From assembly GCA_016222915.1 (NCBI GenBank), contig JACRQA010000178.1, positions 1 to 60,848 of the forward strand: 60,848 nt of DNA, written 5' to 3'. Origin of the DNA: Nitrospirota bacterium. Its GTDB lineage: Bacteria; Nitrospirota; Thermodesulfovibrionia; UBA6902. This document shows positions 28,439 through 37,807 of this stretch, one piece after another (position 1 is the stretch's first letter; every line of letters begins with the position of its first letter). The position numbers and the translations under genes were made by a program. A model generated the notes under the pieces. The model was not told the origin of the DNA, did no database searches, and was given only the letters and a program-made list of their open reading frames with translations.

Positions 28439-29698
28439 CTATTGCTTCAGGAATTCCGGTATCCTTGATCCCCTTATAAGATCACTATACGTCTCCCTCT
28501 CACGGATTACAAAGAACTCTCTGCCTTTGACGAGCACCTCTGCTACCCTGGGCCTGCTGTTATAATTTGAACTCATCGTAAACCCATATGCCCCGGCGCT
28601 CATGACAGCGAGCAAATCCCCACGGGACACTTTGTTCAGTTCCCTGTTTTTTGCGAGGAAGTCCCCGGATTCGCATATCGGCCCGACGAGGTCCGAGACT
28701 ACCTTTTTGCGGTTGTTTTTCTTCACCGGCAGCACATTGTGATACGCGTTATAAAGACTCGGCCTTATCAGATCGTTCATCCCGCCGTCTATGATGACGA
28801 ACTCCTTCTGCGGATGTTTCTTTATATAAAGTACCTTTGTCACGAGGACCCCGGCATTGCCCGATATCGATCTGCCCGGTTCCAGTATAAGATTGAAGTT
28901 GCCGTCTTTCATAAGAGGCAATATGGCCTTTGACAGCTCTGAAGGGTGGGGCGGATGTTCATTCCTATATGGAATTCCCAGCCCTCCGCCCATATCGATA
29001 TAGTCAATAGCGATTCCGTGCGACCTCAGCGTCTTTGCAAGCGATATTACTTTCTGCAGTGCGTCGACAAAGGGCCTTATCGTAGTTATCTGTGAGCCTA
29101 TATGTTTGTGTATCCCGAGGACGTTCAGGTTCGGCAGTTTTCGCGCCAGCTGGTAATGCTCCAGCGCTTCCTCTATGGGGATACCGAACTTGCTCTCTTT
29201 CAGTCCCGTTGAAATATAGGGGTGCGTTTCAGGATCGATATCAGGATTGACCCTTAGCGCGATCGGCGCCTTTTTCTTCATCCGTCCGGCAATTTCGTTG
29301 ATGGCCAGCATCTCGTCGGATGACTCGATATTGAACATTAGTATCCCGGCCTTCAGGGCCTGGGCAATTTCGTTTTCGGTCTTACCCACCCCTGCGTATA
29401 CGATTTTCCCGGATGGAATGCCCGCCTTGAGCGCGAGATGAAGCTCGCCTCCTGAAACAACATCAGCGCCGCAGCCGTTCCTGGCCAGAAGCCTCAGGAT
29501 TGCAAGGTTTGAATTGGCCTTAAGCGCAAAGCATATGGTATGGGGCTGCCCGTTAAACGCCTCCCTGTAGGCATTGAAATGTCTGAGAAGCGTATCATGA
29601 CTATAGATATAAACCGGCGTCCCTACCGCCTCCGCGATCTTCCTGACAGGGACATCTTCAGCATATAATTCTGAATTTTTATACTTAAAAGCGTGCAT
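28439..29698 (-). CDS. lysA: diaminopimelate decarboxylase
   Basis: PLP-Lys motif FALKANSN, plus HIGSQ, GGGLGIPY and CESGD. Confidence 0.95.
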   Translation of the reverse strand: MHAFKYKNSELYAEDVPVRKIAEAVGTPVYIYSHDTLLRHFNAYREAFNGQPHTICFALKANSNLAILRLLARNGCGADVVSGGELHLALKAGIPSGKIVYAGVGKTENEIAQALKAGILMFNIESSDEMLAINEIAGRMKKKAPIALRVNPDIDPETHPYISTGLKESKFGIPIEEALEHYQLARKLPNLNVLGIHKHIGSQITTIRPFVDALQKVISLAKTLRSHGIAIDYIDMGGGLGIPYRNEHPPHPSELSKAILPLMKDGNFNLILEPGRSISGNAGVLVTKVLYIKKHPQKEFVIIDGGMNDLIRPSLYNAYHNVLPVKKNNRKKVVSDLVGPICESGDFLAKNRELNKVSRGDLLAVMSAGAYGFTMSSNYNSRPRVAEVLVKGREFFVIRERETYSDLIRGSRIPEFLKQ

Positions 29699-29801
29699 GG
29701 TCCAATTGAATTTTTGTTCAGTTTATTTTATGAGTTACTATTATATATATTTATTCTGAGAATTTCATGAGAGATAAATTAATAGATATGATTCCGGTAT
29801 A

Positions 29802-31217
29802 ATGGAGCTACAGATGGAAATTTTACGAAAAGTACGCGAAACGATCAGGAAACATTCCATGCTCTCTGACGGGGACCATGTGCTTATCGGCCTGTCCGGA
29901 GGGCCGGACTCCGTTTGCCTTGCGCTCATTTTAGACAAGCTCAGGGAGGATTTCAAACTTCCATTGAGCGCCGTTTATGTTGATCACTCTTTAAGACCGG
30001 ATGAAATTAAAAAGGAGCTGGAATTCTGTGAAGGTCTCTGTAAAGAACTCCGGATAGATTTCCATGTCAGGAAGATAGAGGTAAAGAAGTATGCAGAGGC
30101 CGCCGGCATAAACCTCCACGAAGCGGCAAGGGAACTGCGGTATGCCGCTTTCGAGGAAGTGTCCCACAGCATTGATGCAGGCAGGACCGCGCTCGGACAT
30201 AATGCCGACGACCAGGCAGAAACTGTACTGATGAGGCTTTTCAGGGGTTCAGGCAGAAAAGGCATGACAGGTATTCCCCCCGTGAGAAAGAAAATAATCA
30301 GACCGCTCATTGAAATTGAGAGAAGCGAGATAGAGAAATTCCTTTCCATCAACTCCGGACTCTTAACTCTCAACTCTCAACTCCCTTTCATGGTCGACTC
30401 CTCAAATCTCAAGGAAGATTACTTCAGGAACTGGATAAGGCTTTCCTTGATGGAAAAGATCAAAGAAAAAAATCCGGCGGTAGTACGGGACATATGCAGG
30501 ACGGCCGGTATTTTCAGGGAAGAAGAGGAATACCTTGAGTTGATCGTGACCAAGACCCTTATGAGGATGATAAGCAGAAAAAGCGACAGTTCCATAGAGC
30601 TCTTTCTGTCCCCCCTGGAAAAAATTGAGACGCCTATATTGAGACGTGTCCTGAGAAGGGCGCTTGACGCGACCAGCGGGCTCAGGGGAATAACATTTAC
30701 GCATATTGAAGATATAGTCGGTCTATTAAAAAAGGGGAGGGCAGGGGACAGCATTGATCTTCCCGGCGATGTAAGGGTAGTAAGGGAATATTCACTCCTG
30801 AAGATAACTTCGGAAAAGCCTTCCATGCTTTCAGAATATGAAATGCGTCCTCCTTGCGAGATCATCCTCAGGGAAGCGGGCATGGTGGTAAGGGCAGCTT
30901 TTGAAGTAAACGGCGGCGACTACGGCGACGGAAAGGCTTCGGTACTTTTGGACGCCGGAAGTATGAAGTTCCCCCTCAGGATCAGGGCAAGGGCGGAAGG
31001 AGATTTTTTCTATCCTATGGGGTTCGGAAAAAAGAAGAAGCTCCAGGATTTTTTTGTTGATGAAAAGGTCCCGAGGGAGGAGAGGGGCCGGACGCCGATT
31101 GTTGTATCAGGTGATGATATCATATATGTTGCAGGTCACAGGGCGGATGAAAGGTTTAAAATAACCGAACAGACGGAAAGGTGTTTAAGGCTTACGATAA
31201 CAAAGGCGGAGAATTAA
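29802..31217 (+). CDS. tilS: tRNA(Ile)-lysidine synthase
   Basis: PP-loop [24 protein letters not shown] and DSSN...RNWIR motifs. Confidence 0.92.
   Translation: MELQMEILRKVRETIRKHSMLSDGDHVLIGLSGGPDSVCLALILDKLREDFKLPLSAVYVDHSLRPDEIKKELEFCEGLCKELRIDFHVRKIEVKKYAEAAGINLHEAARELRYAAFEEVSHSIDAGRTALGHNADDQAETVLMRLFRGSGRKGMTGIPPVRKKIIRPLIEIERSEIEKFLSINSGLLTLNSQLPFMVDSSNLKEDYFRNWIRLSLMEKIKEKNPAVVRDICRTAGIFREEEEYLELIVTKTLMRMISRKSDSSIELFLSPLEKIETPILRRVLRRALDATSGLRGITFTHIEDIVGLLKKGRAGDSIDLPGDVRVVREYSLLKITSEKPSMLSEYEMRPPCEIILREAGMVVRAAFEVNGGDYGDGKASVLLDAGSMKFPLRIRARAEGDFFYPMGFGKKKKLQDFFVDEKVPREERGRTPIVVSGDDIIYVAGHRADERFKITEQTERCLRLTITKAEN
30365..30385. repeat. heptanucleotide tandem repeat (AACTCTC)x3 inside tilS
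   Basis: Read directly: aactctc aactctc aactccc. 21 nt, in frame, encoding part of LLTLNSQLP. Confidence 0.6.
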
Positions 31218-31219
31218 GC

Positions 31220-31999
31220 ATGGACCAGGAGCAGCTGCACCCGAAAATAATCGTCGTCATGCCCGCTTACAACGCGGAATCGACCCTTGAGAATACCTAT
31301 AAAGATATACCTGAAGGCGCAGTGGATGAAGTCATTCTTACGGATGACTGCAGCAAAGACAATACGGTTGAAATTGCCAGGAGATTAGGCATCACGGTTT
31401 ATACCCATGACAAAAACCTGGGTTACGGGGGTAATCAGAAAACCTGCTACGAGGCCGCATTAAAAAAGGGGGCTGACATAGTCGTCATGATCCATCCGGA
31501 TTATCAGTATGATCCACGGGTGATCCCTTTTGCCGCTGGCTTTATTATGACCGGTATTTGCGATGTTGTCCTGGGCTCGCGAATCAGGACGAGGCAAGAG
31601 ACCCTTGAAGGGGGGATGCCGGTTTATAAATACATCAGTAACCGCTTTCTGACATTGATTGAAAATATAGTTTTGGGTCAGAACATCGGCGATTTTCACA
31701 CTGGGTTCCGGGTCTACAGGAGGGAAGTCCTGGAAACGATAAATTACCGTCACAACTCAAATGACTTTATCTTCGATACGGAATTCCTGGCCCAGTCCGT
31801 TTATCACAAGTTCCGCATCGGGGACATACCGATCCCTACGAGATATTTCCCGGAGGCCTCATCGATAAATTTGAAGAGGAGCATCAAATACGGTTTGCAA
31901 ACTCTTCTGGTCATGGTAAAATTCATACTTCAAAAGACAGGACTTTTTCATTTCATAATCTTTGAAAGAGCAAAACAGGGAGGACACATTGACAGATAA
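31220..31999 (+). CDS. family 2 glycosyltransferase
   Basis: [14 protein letters not shown]...[14 protein letters not shown] (GT-A DxD region). ATG at 31220 has SD AAGGCGGAG. Confidence 0.85.
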   Translation: MDQEQLHPKIIVVMPAYNAESTLENTYKDIPEGAVDEVILTDDCSKDNTVEIARRLGITVYTHDKNLGYGGNQKTCYEAALKKGADIVVMIHPDYQYDPRVIPFAAGFIMTGICDVVLGSRIRTRQETLEGGMPVYKYISNRFLTLIENIVLGQNIGDFHTGFRVYRREVLETINYRHNSNDFIFDTEFLAQSVYHKFRIGDIPIPTRYFPEASSINLKRSIKYGLQTLLVMVKFILQKTGLFHFIIFERAKQGGHIDR

Positions 32000-33398
32000 A
32001 ATCAGAGTACGCTTTGCGCCGAGTCCCACGGGACATTTGCATATAGGAGGGGCAAGGACCGCCCTGTTTAACTGGCTATACGCCAGGCATAACAACGGGA
32101 CATTCATCTTGAGAATTGAAGACACGGACACGACCCGTTCCACGGATGAATATATCGAAGCAATCATCGAAGGTATGAAATGGCTTGGTCTTGACTGGGA
32201 CGAAGGCCCGTTCAGGCAGACCGACAGGTTTGACGTCTACAGAAACTATGCGGACCAGCTCATTAAGGAGGGCAGGGCGTATTACTGCTACTGCTCCCCG
32301 GAAGAGCTTGAAGCCAGGCGCAAGGAGTCGATGGCGCAGGGAAAGTCTCTCAAGTACAATGGCAAATGCAGGGACCTGAAGGGACCGGTCCCCGGCATTA
32401 AACCCGTTGTCAGATTCAGGATGCCGGTGGCGGGGCAGACCATTGTTGACGACCTGATAAAAGGCATGGTCACATTTGAAAATGAGCAGCTCGATGACCT
32501 GATAATACTTCGCTCAGACGGCACGCCGACATACAATCTGACGGTCGTGGTGGATGATGTGGACATGAAAATAACACACGTCATAAGAGGCGATGACCAT
32601 CTGAACAATACCCCGAAGCAGATCCAGCTCTACAATGCCTTCGGGTATCCCGTGCCCAAGTTCGCCCATCTGCCGATGATCCTTGGATCAGACAAGGCAA
32701 GGCTTTCCAAGAGACACGGGGCAACGTCAGTGATGGCTTATTACGATATGGGATATCTGCCGGAGGCGCTGGTGAATTACCTTGTGCGGCTCGGCTGGTC
32801 TTACGGCGACCAGGAGGTCTTCACGCGGGATGAGCTGGTAAAATATTTCTCCTTTGAGAACGTCGGTAAGGCGGCGGCTGTATTCAATCCGGAAAAGCTC
32901 CTCTGGCTGAACAGTCAATATATAATAAATTCTTCAACAGATAAACTTGCCGAACTCGTGATACCCTTTCTTGAAAAGAACGGTGTCATTGAAAAAGGGC
33001 AGGGCATGGACATGGCCTGGCTGTCAAAGGCCGTCGGAACTCTCAAGGAGCGCTCAAAGACAATGGTCGAACTGGCAAATTCCCTGCGCTACTACATAGC
33101 CGAAGACGTCGAGTACAATGAGAAGGCAAAGGAAAAGTTTCTAACTGAAAAGAGCCGTGATCTGCTGGCTGCATTGAAAGAGGCACTGACAGCCGTTCCC
33201 GAATTCTCCCACCATGAGCTTGAACAGGTCTTTAAATCGGTCGTGGAAACGCACGGCGTCAAACTCAAAGACCTGGCCCAGCCCGTCCGCGTAGCAATGA
33301 CCGGCGGCACCGAGAGTCCGGGGATATTTGAGGTGCTTGAGGTTTTGGGGAAGGAGAAGACGGTCACGAGGCTGGAGAGGGCGATAAAGGGGATTTAA
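31989..33398 (+). CDS. gltX: glutamate--tRNA ligase
   Basis: [22 protein letters not shown] (HIGH) and RLSKRHG (KMSKS). TTG at 31989 is preferred (SD GGGAGGA). The open frame extends up to 31962. Confidence 0.93.
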   Translation: MTDKIRVRFAPSPTGHLHIGGARTALFNWLYARHNNGTFILRIEDTDTTRSTDEYIEAIIEGMKWLGLDWDEGPFRQTDRFDVYRNYADQLIKEGRAYYCYCSPEELEARRKESMAQGKSLKYNGKCRDLKGPVPGIKPVVRFRMPVAGQTIVDDLIKGMVTFENEQLDDLIILRSDGTPTYNLTVVVDDVDMKITHVIRGDDHLNNTPKQIQLYNAFGYPVPKFAHLPMILGSDKARLSKRHGATSVMAYYDMGYLPEALVNYLVRLGWSYGDQEVFTRDELVKYFSFENVGKAAAVFNPEKLLWLNSQYIINSSTDKLAELVIPFLEKNGVIEKGQGMDMAWLSKAVGTLKERSKTMVELANSLRYYIAEDVEYNEKAKEKFLTEKSRDLLAALKEALTAVPEFSHHELEQVFKSVVETHGVKLKDLAQPVRVAMTGGTESPGIFEVLEVLGKEKTVTRLERAIKGI

Positions 33399-33438
33399 TA
33401 ATTAGCAGATGCCTGAGCCTCACCGCCGAGTCAGCTTG

Positions 33439-33494
33439 AAAAAGGGGGCAGGCCTTAGTGCTTTATTTCCGGAAATTCGGCCTGTCCCCTTTTC
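33439..33494. terminator. bidirectional hairpin terminator between gltX and the downstream convergent gene
   Basis: aaaaagggggcaggcc...(24-nt loop containing tttccggaaa)...ggcctgtccccttttc. Confidence 0.55.
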
Positions 33495-33503
33495 TGGGTC
33501 GGT

Positions 33504-34343
33504 TTATAGCATTGTATTTGGTTGAGGTTGCTCAGTAGGGGAAGGCGTAAACGTTTCAACTATTTCTTCGAATACGTTATTAATATTCAAATATACGCCA
33601 TAATAGATTATAAGGTCGTCCGGCCCTCTACCAGCGTCCCATCTTGCAGTTATAAAAGGTGTTACTTCTGAGTTATTATTGTAACGCAGTTCAACGGAAC
33701 CCTTGAACCGATGTTTATTATCAAATCTCTCGCTGTAGCCATAACCTAATTCTATTGCCGACCCCTTAAATGTATTACTGTCCGGGCTAAATCCGATACC
33801 AATGAAGCTGTCCGAAAGAAAGTCATTTTCCAGTCTGCTGTCGCTGGTCAGAATGAATCCTAACTGGGGTTTTAAGTAAATAGATTCAAGTTCGTTATCG
33901 AACGGCCTTATCACGGCTGCCAACGAACCTTCTGCAACCTCTGCATCCTTTACAATTTTTTCTAATGATTGATTATTGTTGATAGTCTCTCCTTCAACGC
34001 TTTTTCGACCGAGCCTGATACCGGCAACAAGATCAACCTGTACTTCCTTGACTTGTGGTTCCTGATTGACTTGTGCTGGCGGTTTGACTTGTTTTTTTAT
34101 TACGTTGAATTGTGCTGTTATGTCGAAGAATAAGTGATTGTCTTGAAAAAGTCTGTTGTCATCTGTAGTGGCCGTTTCTCCATTAGTTGGATTTAAGGTC
34201 GAGGTTTGAAATCCTGTTCTAAAAAATGCCTGTATTTTATCAGGCGTATCCTTGTTATGTTTTGCCGCATCCTTGTTATCATCTGCAAAGGAATCCACAG
34301 CAAGAATCATACAAATAATGAATAACGCAATTTTCTTCATCAT
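33504..34343 (-). CDS. secreted hypothetical protein (possibly outer-membrane beta-rich)
   Basis: Signal peptide MMKKIALFIICMILAVDSFA. Alternating hydrophobic pattern; no catalytic motif recognised. Confidence 0.55.
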   Translation of the reverse strand: MMKKIALFIICMILAVDSFADDNKDAAKHNKDTPDKIQAFFRTGFQTSTLNPTNGETATTDDNRLFQDNHLFFDITAQFNVIKKQVKPPAQVNQEPQVKEVQVDLVAGIRLGRKSVEGETINNNQSLEKIVKDAEVAEGSLAAVIRPFDNELESIYLKPQLGFILTSDSRLENDFLSDSFIGIGFSPDSNTFKGSAIELGYGYSERFDNKHRFKGSVELRYNNNSEVTPFITARWDAGRGPDDLIIYYGVYLNINNVFEEIVETFTPSPTEQPQPNTML

Positions 34344-34559
34344 GAAAGTACCCCCTCCTGAAATTGTGATACCATTTGGATTATAAGAGCTTAAGATGCA
34401 AATTTGTTAATAGTATTTTTGAATCGTCTAAGGTACGCTTTTCATGTATTCCTCCTTTGACAAAAGGGGCGGAACTGCACAAGAAACGATTCAGCGAGAC
34501 CATGCCCCCGTTTAATGTTCTTTACAGCCTCGTTATCTTACTTCAATAAGATGGGATTT

Positions 34560-34700
34560 TGCAAGAATTCAGCAGAGCAATACGGACAAGCAACTCGTCG
34601 ACCTCGCAGGCGCCTGCATCGGTTTGAAGCATGTCAAAGGGGACGAGTCCGCCAAGTCCGTGCTGGGGCACTTAAGCCACTCAAGCGCTCCATCCTATTG
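34560..34700 (-). pseudogene. frameshifted C-terminal remnant of an Xre/MbcA/ParS-type (DUF2384-like) antitoxin
   Basis: Two adjacent minus-strand frames read DGALEWLKCP and QHGLGGLVPFDMLQTDAGACEVDELLVRI. This resembles the W-L..P...LGG..P.D.L.T..GA.EV..LL.RI toxin-binding domain. There is no N-terminal part and no toxin gene. Confidence 0.4.
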
Positions 34701-34706
34701 GTGACT

Positions 34707-37406
34707 CTATTCCAGTCTCATCAGTCTCCGCAGGCTGCCTCGCCTGAGAAACAACTTATCGAAGAAGAAGAGGTGTATCCCTGTCAGTAGCGAGCCTATA
34801 CAAATAAGCCCGAGATTAAAGATAAAATTCTTTACAGTGCGCATTGGAAACAGCCACGCAAGGGCGGGGACTATGGTAATTGCCAAAGGAAGACCGATCT
34901 TTATAATGATCTCTCCCGGTGTAAAACCTCCTGCAAAGAACGGCTCGCCCCAGTTAATGGCAAGCCACCATATACCTGCCCCTGCGGCTGCCGCCGCAAT
35001 TAAAATGGAAACAGTAAGGAGGACCGGGCTGAGCCTCAATATCTTCAAGAAAGTCTGTTTCCCGGCCTTGAGTTGTTTCTCCAGGTCAATCCGCCGCTGA
35101 TCGGTCGAGCTTCCGTCTCTTCTCATTATGTCGCAAAGACAGAGGAACGGCCACCGTTTCTTAAGGTCTTCCTCTTTCTCTTCTATAAGCATAAAGCCTT
35201 TCCATGATGCTCGGCCGGTTTTGTGCTCTTCCTTCGCGGCAAGCTCTTTCAACTCATAGCGCGTCATCGCGTAGCCGCTCATCATCAGGGCATATGCCTC
35301 GACATCAGTGAACGAATCGAGGTCCGTGCGCAGGTCCGCCAGGCAGCTCTGAATATCACGGTCAATGCCGTATGGCGTCACGGTATCACGCTTCTTCCAT
35401 AGAAACTTGTCCTTGCTGCCGACCCAGGCTATGGGTTCGCGGTCGAGGTCCTTCTTAAGATGAACAAATAACAGTCCTTCGAGGGACCTGGAATCAACGC
35501 ATTCTCTAAGCGCGTCATACTCTGCCTCCCTGATGCGGTCCATAAATATCGAGTTCGACCGCAGCAGCACGCCGAGTCTTCCTGTCTGCGGCTTGACCTG
35601 GTCGTCCATCTGTCCGGAGGCGTCGCTGCAAATGATGATGCTGCACGATTCATCGAGAAGTCCTTGTACGCCCTGATTATCGTGAACGCCTCCATCAACC
35701 AGTTGCACGTGATAACCCGGATAGAGGCCTTTCAGCTCAAGGGGCTCAAACAGTCCCGAAACACATGCTGACGCGGCCACGGCCTGCCCCAGAGGATACA
35801 GACGTAAGGATTCCTTTTCAATATCCTCGTAATAGACCCTCCTGAACCGGGCATTCATGTCAATTTCATCGCCTATCAGTCCGGGGGGTTCTCCCATGAA
35901 CTTTGCCGTGAAGTGGAAATTATGCCCCGAATTCAGTGACGTGGTATTTATGAGCAGCACCGGGACCTTTGCGCGTCTTCTCCAGTTGACCTTGAGAGGA
36001 TTGAATTCTTCCCTTGGGCCTTCACCTTTCGGCCCGATCAGGAGGTCTTTCATGGATATGCTTTTTCGCGAACACGGACCGCCGGGAGTGTTGTTGAAGA
36101 TATGCTTCTGATACAGTTCGGACAGTTTGATGCTGCGCGTATAGTTGCGAGAAAAGGTTATCTTCAGGTTGGCCCAAAAATCTCCCATGGCGCGGACCCG
36201 CAGGTTCTTCTGCACGGCACAAAGAAAATTATGCTGCACCCTCTGGACGAGTATGATGTAGTCGTCCCTGGTCAGTTGTTTGTCTTCCGTGCTTTCGAGC
36301 ATGCGCTGGAGCTCAAGATAATAATAGGCCCCGACAATGCTGCCGCCCGACACAGTCGAGATCACCTCAACACTGCTGAGAATATCGGCCTCGGCAAGCG
36401 CGGCCAATGCGCCCAGATGATAAAGCGACGCGCGAAAGCCGCCGCCTGAAAGGGCGAGACCAACCTTTCCCCTGTGCGCGCGTATGACGTCCAGAGTATT
36501 CTCCCCAGTCAGCTCCTGCAAGGCCTTCCAAGCCGGGTGCCATTCCTTGCCGTCACCGGGTATCTCTATCCCTTGCATCTTCACGATAGAGATGAGTTGT
36601 CTTACTGTAGTCTGAAGTTTCCAGATGTCTTTTGTAAGCTTGTATGCCTGCTTAAGACAATGGCCTGCCTCTTCGTATTTCTTCAGTCCCATGTAAACTT
36701 CGGCGAGCGTAACATAAAGCCAGTAATCTTTTTTGAAGGCTTCGCCTTTTGTCTCTGCCTCTTCTTTTGCCTTTTCTTCCAGTTCTTTGATCAAACCTGG
36801 AAGCTCTTCCATCCTCTTAATACGTAATTTCTTTGCCTCATCTCCATAGTACTTCGAATCCTTCGGTGGTGTCCCTGCTTTTTTTTCCGCTTTTCTTGCT
36901 TGTGATGCGAGGATATCGAGGATAAAGGCGGCATTTATTCCGCCATAGCCCTTGTCAATTTCGGGCCTTTCCCATGCGCGGAGGTAGAATGCAAGTGAAG
37001 ACTGGATGTCCTCAATGCGTCCCCGGTATTCCCATAGACGCTTATATACTGCGCCGGCAAGCCCGAGGGTCTCGGGATCGCACTTATCTCCGAGGCCGAT
37101 CTTATCGAGAATAGCCAGGGCCTTTGGAAGCCTGACGGACACATGCTCGTCTTCGTTCTTGTACGTGCATATGGCCTTTCTCTGCTGAATCCAGCGGGCC
37201 TTATCTATTTTCGCCCGTTCCTTATCGTCAGATGCCTCCTTTTTAAGAAGGTCCTTCGGAAAATGCCCTTCCAGCCTTTCAATTACCTTCAGCGCAAGGC
37301 CGAACTCCATTTCAGATTCCAATTCTTTTTCAAGTTTTTCCAACTCACCCGCCGGAGTTGATGGATCCGAAAGCAGATTATTTGTCTTTACAACGATTGT
37401 TTTCAT
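34707..37406 (-). CDS. patatin-like phospholipase with a ~300-aa helical (TPR/DUF4071-like) N-domain and 3 C-terminal TM helices
   Basis: Oxyanion LSGGGFRAS, nucleophile elbow TVSGGS (GxSxG) and catalytic Asp DGGVHDNQG. N-domain motifs ICTYK, GLAGAVYKRLW and YGGINAAF. C-terminal hydrophobic helices. SD GAGGGGGA. Confidence 0.85.
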   Translation of the reverse strand: MKTIVVKTNNLLSDPSTPAGELEKLEKELESEMEFGLALKVIERLEGHFPKDLLKKEASDDKERAKIDKARWIQQRKAICTYKNEDEHVSVRLPKALAILDKIGLGDKCDPETLGLAGAVYKRLWEYRGRIEDIQSSLAFYLRAWERPEIDKGYGGINAAFILDILASQARKAEKKAGTPPKDSKYYGDEAKKLRIKRMEELPGLIKELEEKAKEEAETKGEAFKKDYWLYVTLAEVYMGLKKYEEAGHCLKQAYKLTKDIWKLQTTVRQLISIVKMQGIEIPGDGKEWHPAWKALQELTGENTLDVIRAHRGKVGLALSGGGFRASLYHLGALAALAEADILSSVEVISTVSGGSIVGAYYYLELQRMLESTEDKQLTRDDYIILVQRVQHNFLCAVQKNLRVRAMGDFWANLKITFSRNYTRSIKLSELYQKHIFNNTPGGPCSRKSISMKDLLIGPKGEGPREEFNPLKVNWRRRAKVPVLLINTTSLNSGHNFHFTAKFMGEPPGLIGDEIDMNARFRRVYYEDIEKESLRLYPLGQAVAASACVSGLFEPLELKGLYPGYHVQLVDGGVHDNQGVQGLLDESCSIIICSDASGQMDDQVKPQTGRLGVLLRSNSIFMDRIREAEYDALRECVDSRSLEGLLFVHLKKDLDREPIAWVGSKDKFLWKKRDTVTPYGIDRDIQSCLADLRTDLDSFTDVEAYALMMSGYAMTRYELKELAAKEEHKTGRASWKGFMLIEEKEEDLKKRWPFLCLCDIMRRDGSSTDQRRIDLEKQLKAGKQTFLKILRLSPVLLTVSILIAAAAAGAGIWWLAINWGEPFFAGGFTPGEIIIKIGLPLAITIVPALAWLFPMRTVKNFIFNLGLICIGSLLTGIHLFFFDKLFLRRGSLRRLMRLE

Positions 37407-37446
37407 TTCTGTCCCCCTCTCTATGAGTTCTTATGTTGATTACCCT

Positions 37447-37728
37447 CTATCGAACTATTGAAAAACCAAGAGCCATGATCGTCTTGAGCGTCTCCATTGC
37501 GGTGACGCGGTCGTATTCCTTTTCCGACTCCGGCAGCTCAGCATATGGCACAAGGTCAGGATGAGTCTTCTTTGCGTCGTCCCGGTTCGGCCCATAGGTC
37601 CATCCTTCGGCGATACGCTTTTGCGCCCAGAGGTCGTGGTTGTTTTCCGCGAGCTTCTCAGTCAGCTCGATCAGATAGTCAGGAAGCCGGATTGCTGATG
37701 TGTCTGTAGGTTTAGGAGTATAGTCCAT
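37447..37728 (-). CDS. stand-alone RyR (ryanodine-receptor repeat) domain protein
   Basis: 93 aa. LAENNHDLWAQKRIAEGWTYGPNRDDAKKTHPDLVPYAELPESEKEYDRVTAMETLKTIMALGF matches the RyR repeat consensus along its whole length. Confidence 0.85.
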   Translation of the reverse strand: MDYTPKPTDTSAIRLPDYLIELTEKLAENNHDLWAQKRIAEGWTYGPNRDDAKKTHPDLVPYAELPESEKEYDRVTAMETLKTIMALGFSIVR

Positions 37729-37807
37729 AAATATTTACCTCACTCTGTTAAATGATCTTCAATCTCCTACACATCCTTGTCCCGCAGGTGATGGCCCATT
37801 TTGTTTA

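Noticed and set aside
31962-31999. Apparent 38-nt overlap between the glycosyltransferase gene and gltX.
   Set aside because: It is most likely an artefact of the longest-ORF start. An internal TTG at 31989 with a good SD gives the typical GltX N-terminus ([14 protein letters not shown]).
34515-34790. 91-aa plus-strand ORF spanning the patatin stop region.
   Set aside because: It is Arg/Gln-rich and antisense to both the antitoxin remnant and the patatin C-terminus. The minus-strand readings explain the region better.
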